Below are positions 61,616-64,000 of a stretch of DNA of 64,000 nucleotides, piece after piece (the stretch's first letter is position 1; each line of letters begins with the position of its first letter). Made by a program: the position numbers and the translations under genes. A model generated the notes under the pieces. It saw nothing but the letters and a program-made list of their open reading frames with translations, was not told where the DNA came from and did no database searches. The DNA is from Nitrosopumilus sp. (GTDB taxonomy: Archaea > Thermoproteota > Nitrososphaeria > Nitrososphaerales > Nitrosopumilaceae). Location of the stretch: NCBI GenBank assembly GCA_965207445.1, contig CBDBLX010000002.1:64001-128000 (forward strand), read 5' to 3'.

Positions 61616-63488
61616 GGTTCTCCTGCAAACGCGGTTGGTGGCAATTAATACAGATTTGAACCGTTGTAGTCAATCCGGACACGTAACTAGTATTTTGTCG
61701 CCACGTATGATAAACTTCAAACCCTCTGGGTTACCAAGTTTGGCAAGGACCGGCTTTGGAATGTATGAGTAACTGGTACCTCTTTTCACGTTGTGGGTTA
61801 TGGATACTTGGAATTCAGTGGCATTGGCAGCCCATTTAGTCATGTTTGTTGTTCTCAGTACAACGTTATAACGTCACTGACATCGGATTGCGCACGAATG
61901 CTTATATATCCAATTGGTGATATATGTATAATGAAACAAAAAACAGTTCAGGAAGAAAAGGTGGTAGACGAAACAACTCAATCAAGATCAAAAACATTGG
62001 AAAATGACAACCCAAAGCCTGGCAAACAGAGGCGCTCCAAGGCTCAGATTGATGCTATTAGGAAAGCAGGCATTCAGATTGCATGTATTGCAGGTGCCAT
62101 AACTACACTAAGCTCGATTAAATGGACAGTCGCATCGCAAACTATGCAAGGTCTATTGTATGTGGTGTCGCTTAGTTCACTTGGAATGAGATGTCAGTGT
62201 GAGGCCAATCAAAATGGAAAAAAGATATGCAAGCATGTGGTGGGGGTATACAAGCTCTTAGACAAAGAGTGGTGGTGCGGGCGTAGAAAAAGGATACAGA
62301 TTAGGCGCAAAAAATTGAGATGTCAGTATCCAAAATGCAGATCCAAAGATGTGGTAGGATGGGGAGAGCGCAAGTGTAAGAGAAAAAGATCTGTGAGGCG
62401 ATACATGTGCAAAAAATGTGGCCGTACATTTTCTGGAATGGAAGGGTTCAAGGGGCGGCATTTTGATGCATCCGTAATAGCAAAAGCGTTGTCCATGATG
62501 GCAACTAAAATGTCTCCAGAAGAAGTATGTGTGCAGCTTGCAATGGATGAGATCATCATAAACCCATCTACAATACATAGGTGGACTGATGAGTATTCGC
62601 GAATCATGCTACGGTTCTCAAGTTTGTTGTGTCTTGATGCATGGTTTCAGTGGCATGTCGACGAGTTAGAATTTAAAATACGTAAACAGACCAGATATTT
62701 GTTTGGTGTGATTGATGGCGCAAGTCGATTTGTTTTATCCCACGAGATCCTCAAGAAGAAAAAGGGATCTGATCCCACTAACCTGTTTCAAATGGCTGCT
62801 GCTCGTACGCGTAGGCTACCACGCATACTTGTAAGTGATGGACTGCAGGAGTTCATAAAGCCCGCCAGAAAAGTATTCTTTAGACGGGCTGGATCGGTGT
62901 TTGTACACATACGTGAGATACACATACAGAATCTTTTTAATCAAAATAACGTCTACGAACGACTCAATGGAGAATTTGAGGATAGACTCAAGTGTGTACG
63001 TGGACTAAAATCAGAGGACCCCGGACTCTTACGTCTGATCATAGTATATCATAACTTTTTTAGAAAACACACAAGCCTCAAAAACAACATGACGCCTGCC
63101 AAGGCAATTGGAATTGACATTATACCAGTAAAAGACTCTGATCTTGCAGATAGTTGTGATATGTGGATAACACTCATCCAAAACGCATCCATACGTGCCT
63201 CTGCCTGAATTGTCAAATTCTACACATTACACATCATATATACAAACACTCTACATCTGTTTGTGTTTTGATGCCAAATCAAACTATCATTTTTGGTGTA
63301 CAATCTAATTTCTTCAAGATGAACCACCCTCGTTTGTCTTTTTGATACTGACTCTAACTATCCTTATTCCAAACTATCATCATAGTCATACAAAAAAGTA
63401 CTAAAAACTTACACTTTTTTAACCTCAAATACCAAATTCAGATAAAAAGTTCATATAAACACCGATCAACCGCGTTTGCAAGAGAACC
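61616..63488 (+). mobile_element. Complete IS6-family element
   Basis: TIRs GGTTCTC(C/T)TGCAAACGCGGTTG; 8-bp TSD GTTCTTGA at 61608-61615 and 63489-63496. Confidence 0.92.
61931..63208 (+). CDS. IS6-type DDE transposase with N-terminal SWIM and zinc-ribbon motifs (the ORF track starts it at 61793)
   Basis: CQC...CKH (SWIM), C..PKC...YMCKKCG, TIHRW, WHVDE, VSDG and NNVYERLN motifs. Confidence 0.85.
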   Translation: MKQKTVQEEKVVDETTQSRSKTLENDNPKPGKQRRSKAQIDAIRKAGIQIACIAGAITTLSSIKWTVASQTMQGLLYVVSLSSLGMRCQCEANQNGKKICKHVVGVYKLLDKEWWCGRRKRIQIRRKKLRCQYPKCRSKDVVGWGERKCKRKRSVRRYMCKKCGRTFSGMEGFKGRHFDASVIAKALSMMATKMSPEEVCVQLAMDEIIINPSTIHRWTDEYSRIMLRFSSLLCLDAWFQWHVDELEFKIRKQTRYLFGVIDGASRFVLSHEILKKKKGSDPTNLFQMAAARTRRLPRILVSDGLQEFIKPARKVFFRRAGSVFVHIREIHIQNLFNQNNVYERLNGEFEDRLKCVRGLKSEDPGLLRLIIVYHNFFRKHTSLKNNMTPAKAIGIDIIPVKDSDLADSCDMWITLIQNASIRASA

Positions 63489-63530
63489 GTTCTTGACAAA
63501 AATTAAATAATCAAATCCAAGAGAAAGATC

Positions 63531-63785
63531 ATGGGATTACCGCCATATACACATGTTCCAAAAGAGGCTTGGCCTAGCTGGACATGGTATGCAATTGAAT
63601 TTGGAATTGTACTTGCAGCATCCATGCTAGTATCACGCGAGATTACAGACTCTTTTGAGGAACTAGCACCTGATGTGCAAAACTATGTATTCATGGGAAT
63701 CGTTGGATTGATATTTTTGGCATGGTATATTGGTCTGCGACACTTGCTGTTTAGAAAAAAAATCTTGAGAAACACATACGAATAA
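63531..63785 (+). CDS. Small 2-TM membrane protein
   Basis: Two hydrophobic segments; clean ATG after an AT-rich promoter. Confidence 0.65.
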   Translation: MGLPPYTHVPKEAWPSWTWYAIEFGIVLAASMLVSREITDSFEELAPDVQNYVFMGIVGLIFLAWYIGLRHLLFRKKILRNTYE

Positions 63786-64000
63786 TCGAATGAATGAATG
63801 AATAATTAATTCATATATTTAGTCTTGTCAACAATACCCGCACCTACAAATGAGCGCTTTCTATTCATACATGATTCACACACACCACATTGTAACTTTT
63901 GATTCTCGTAACAACTCCATGTCTCATATATGGTGTCACCCAACACATCTAGTCCATATTTGATTAAATCATTTTTTGTGAGTCCAGCAATATACGGAGA

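Overview
This window comes from an AT-rich archaeal chromosome. Its housekeeping genes (priS/priL, nfo, glyS, rqcH, cbiT/L/F, an ESCRT-III cdvB, AcnX, small Zn-finger genes) are typical of Nitrososphaerota (Nitrosopumilaceae-like); that placement is inference. Bases 1-17.8 kb hold a type I-G (I-U) CRISPR-Cas locus: csb2 (partial), cas3 and cas8g on +, cas4-cas1 and cas2 on -, and between them an array of about 122 repeats of 36 bp that is split by an IS66-family element inserted inside one repeat. Three accessory islands (about 28.9-31.9, 40.1-52.2 and 55.5-63.5 kb) carry decayed and intact IS elements, type I R-M genes interleaved with HEPN/MNT genes (including an MNT-HsdS fusion), and a 6.1-kb IS1595-type transposon carrying a type IIG R-M gene. 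The most striking signal lies far from the array: three sites (47042-47148, 56263-56370, 56384-56489) show a 35-36 bp duplication of ordinary gene sequence around a unique 35-38 bp insert. That is the repeat-spacer-repeat geometry of this CRISPR system and suggests ectopic spacer integration into genes. All counts and alignments were done by eye; no database searches were run.
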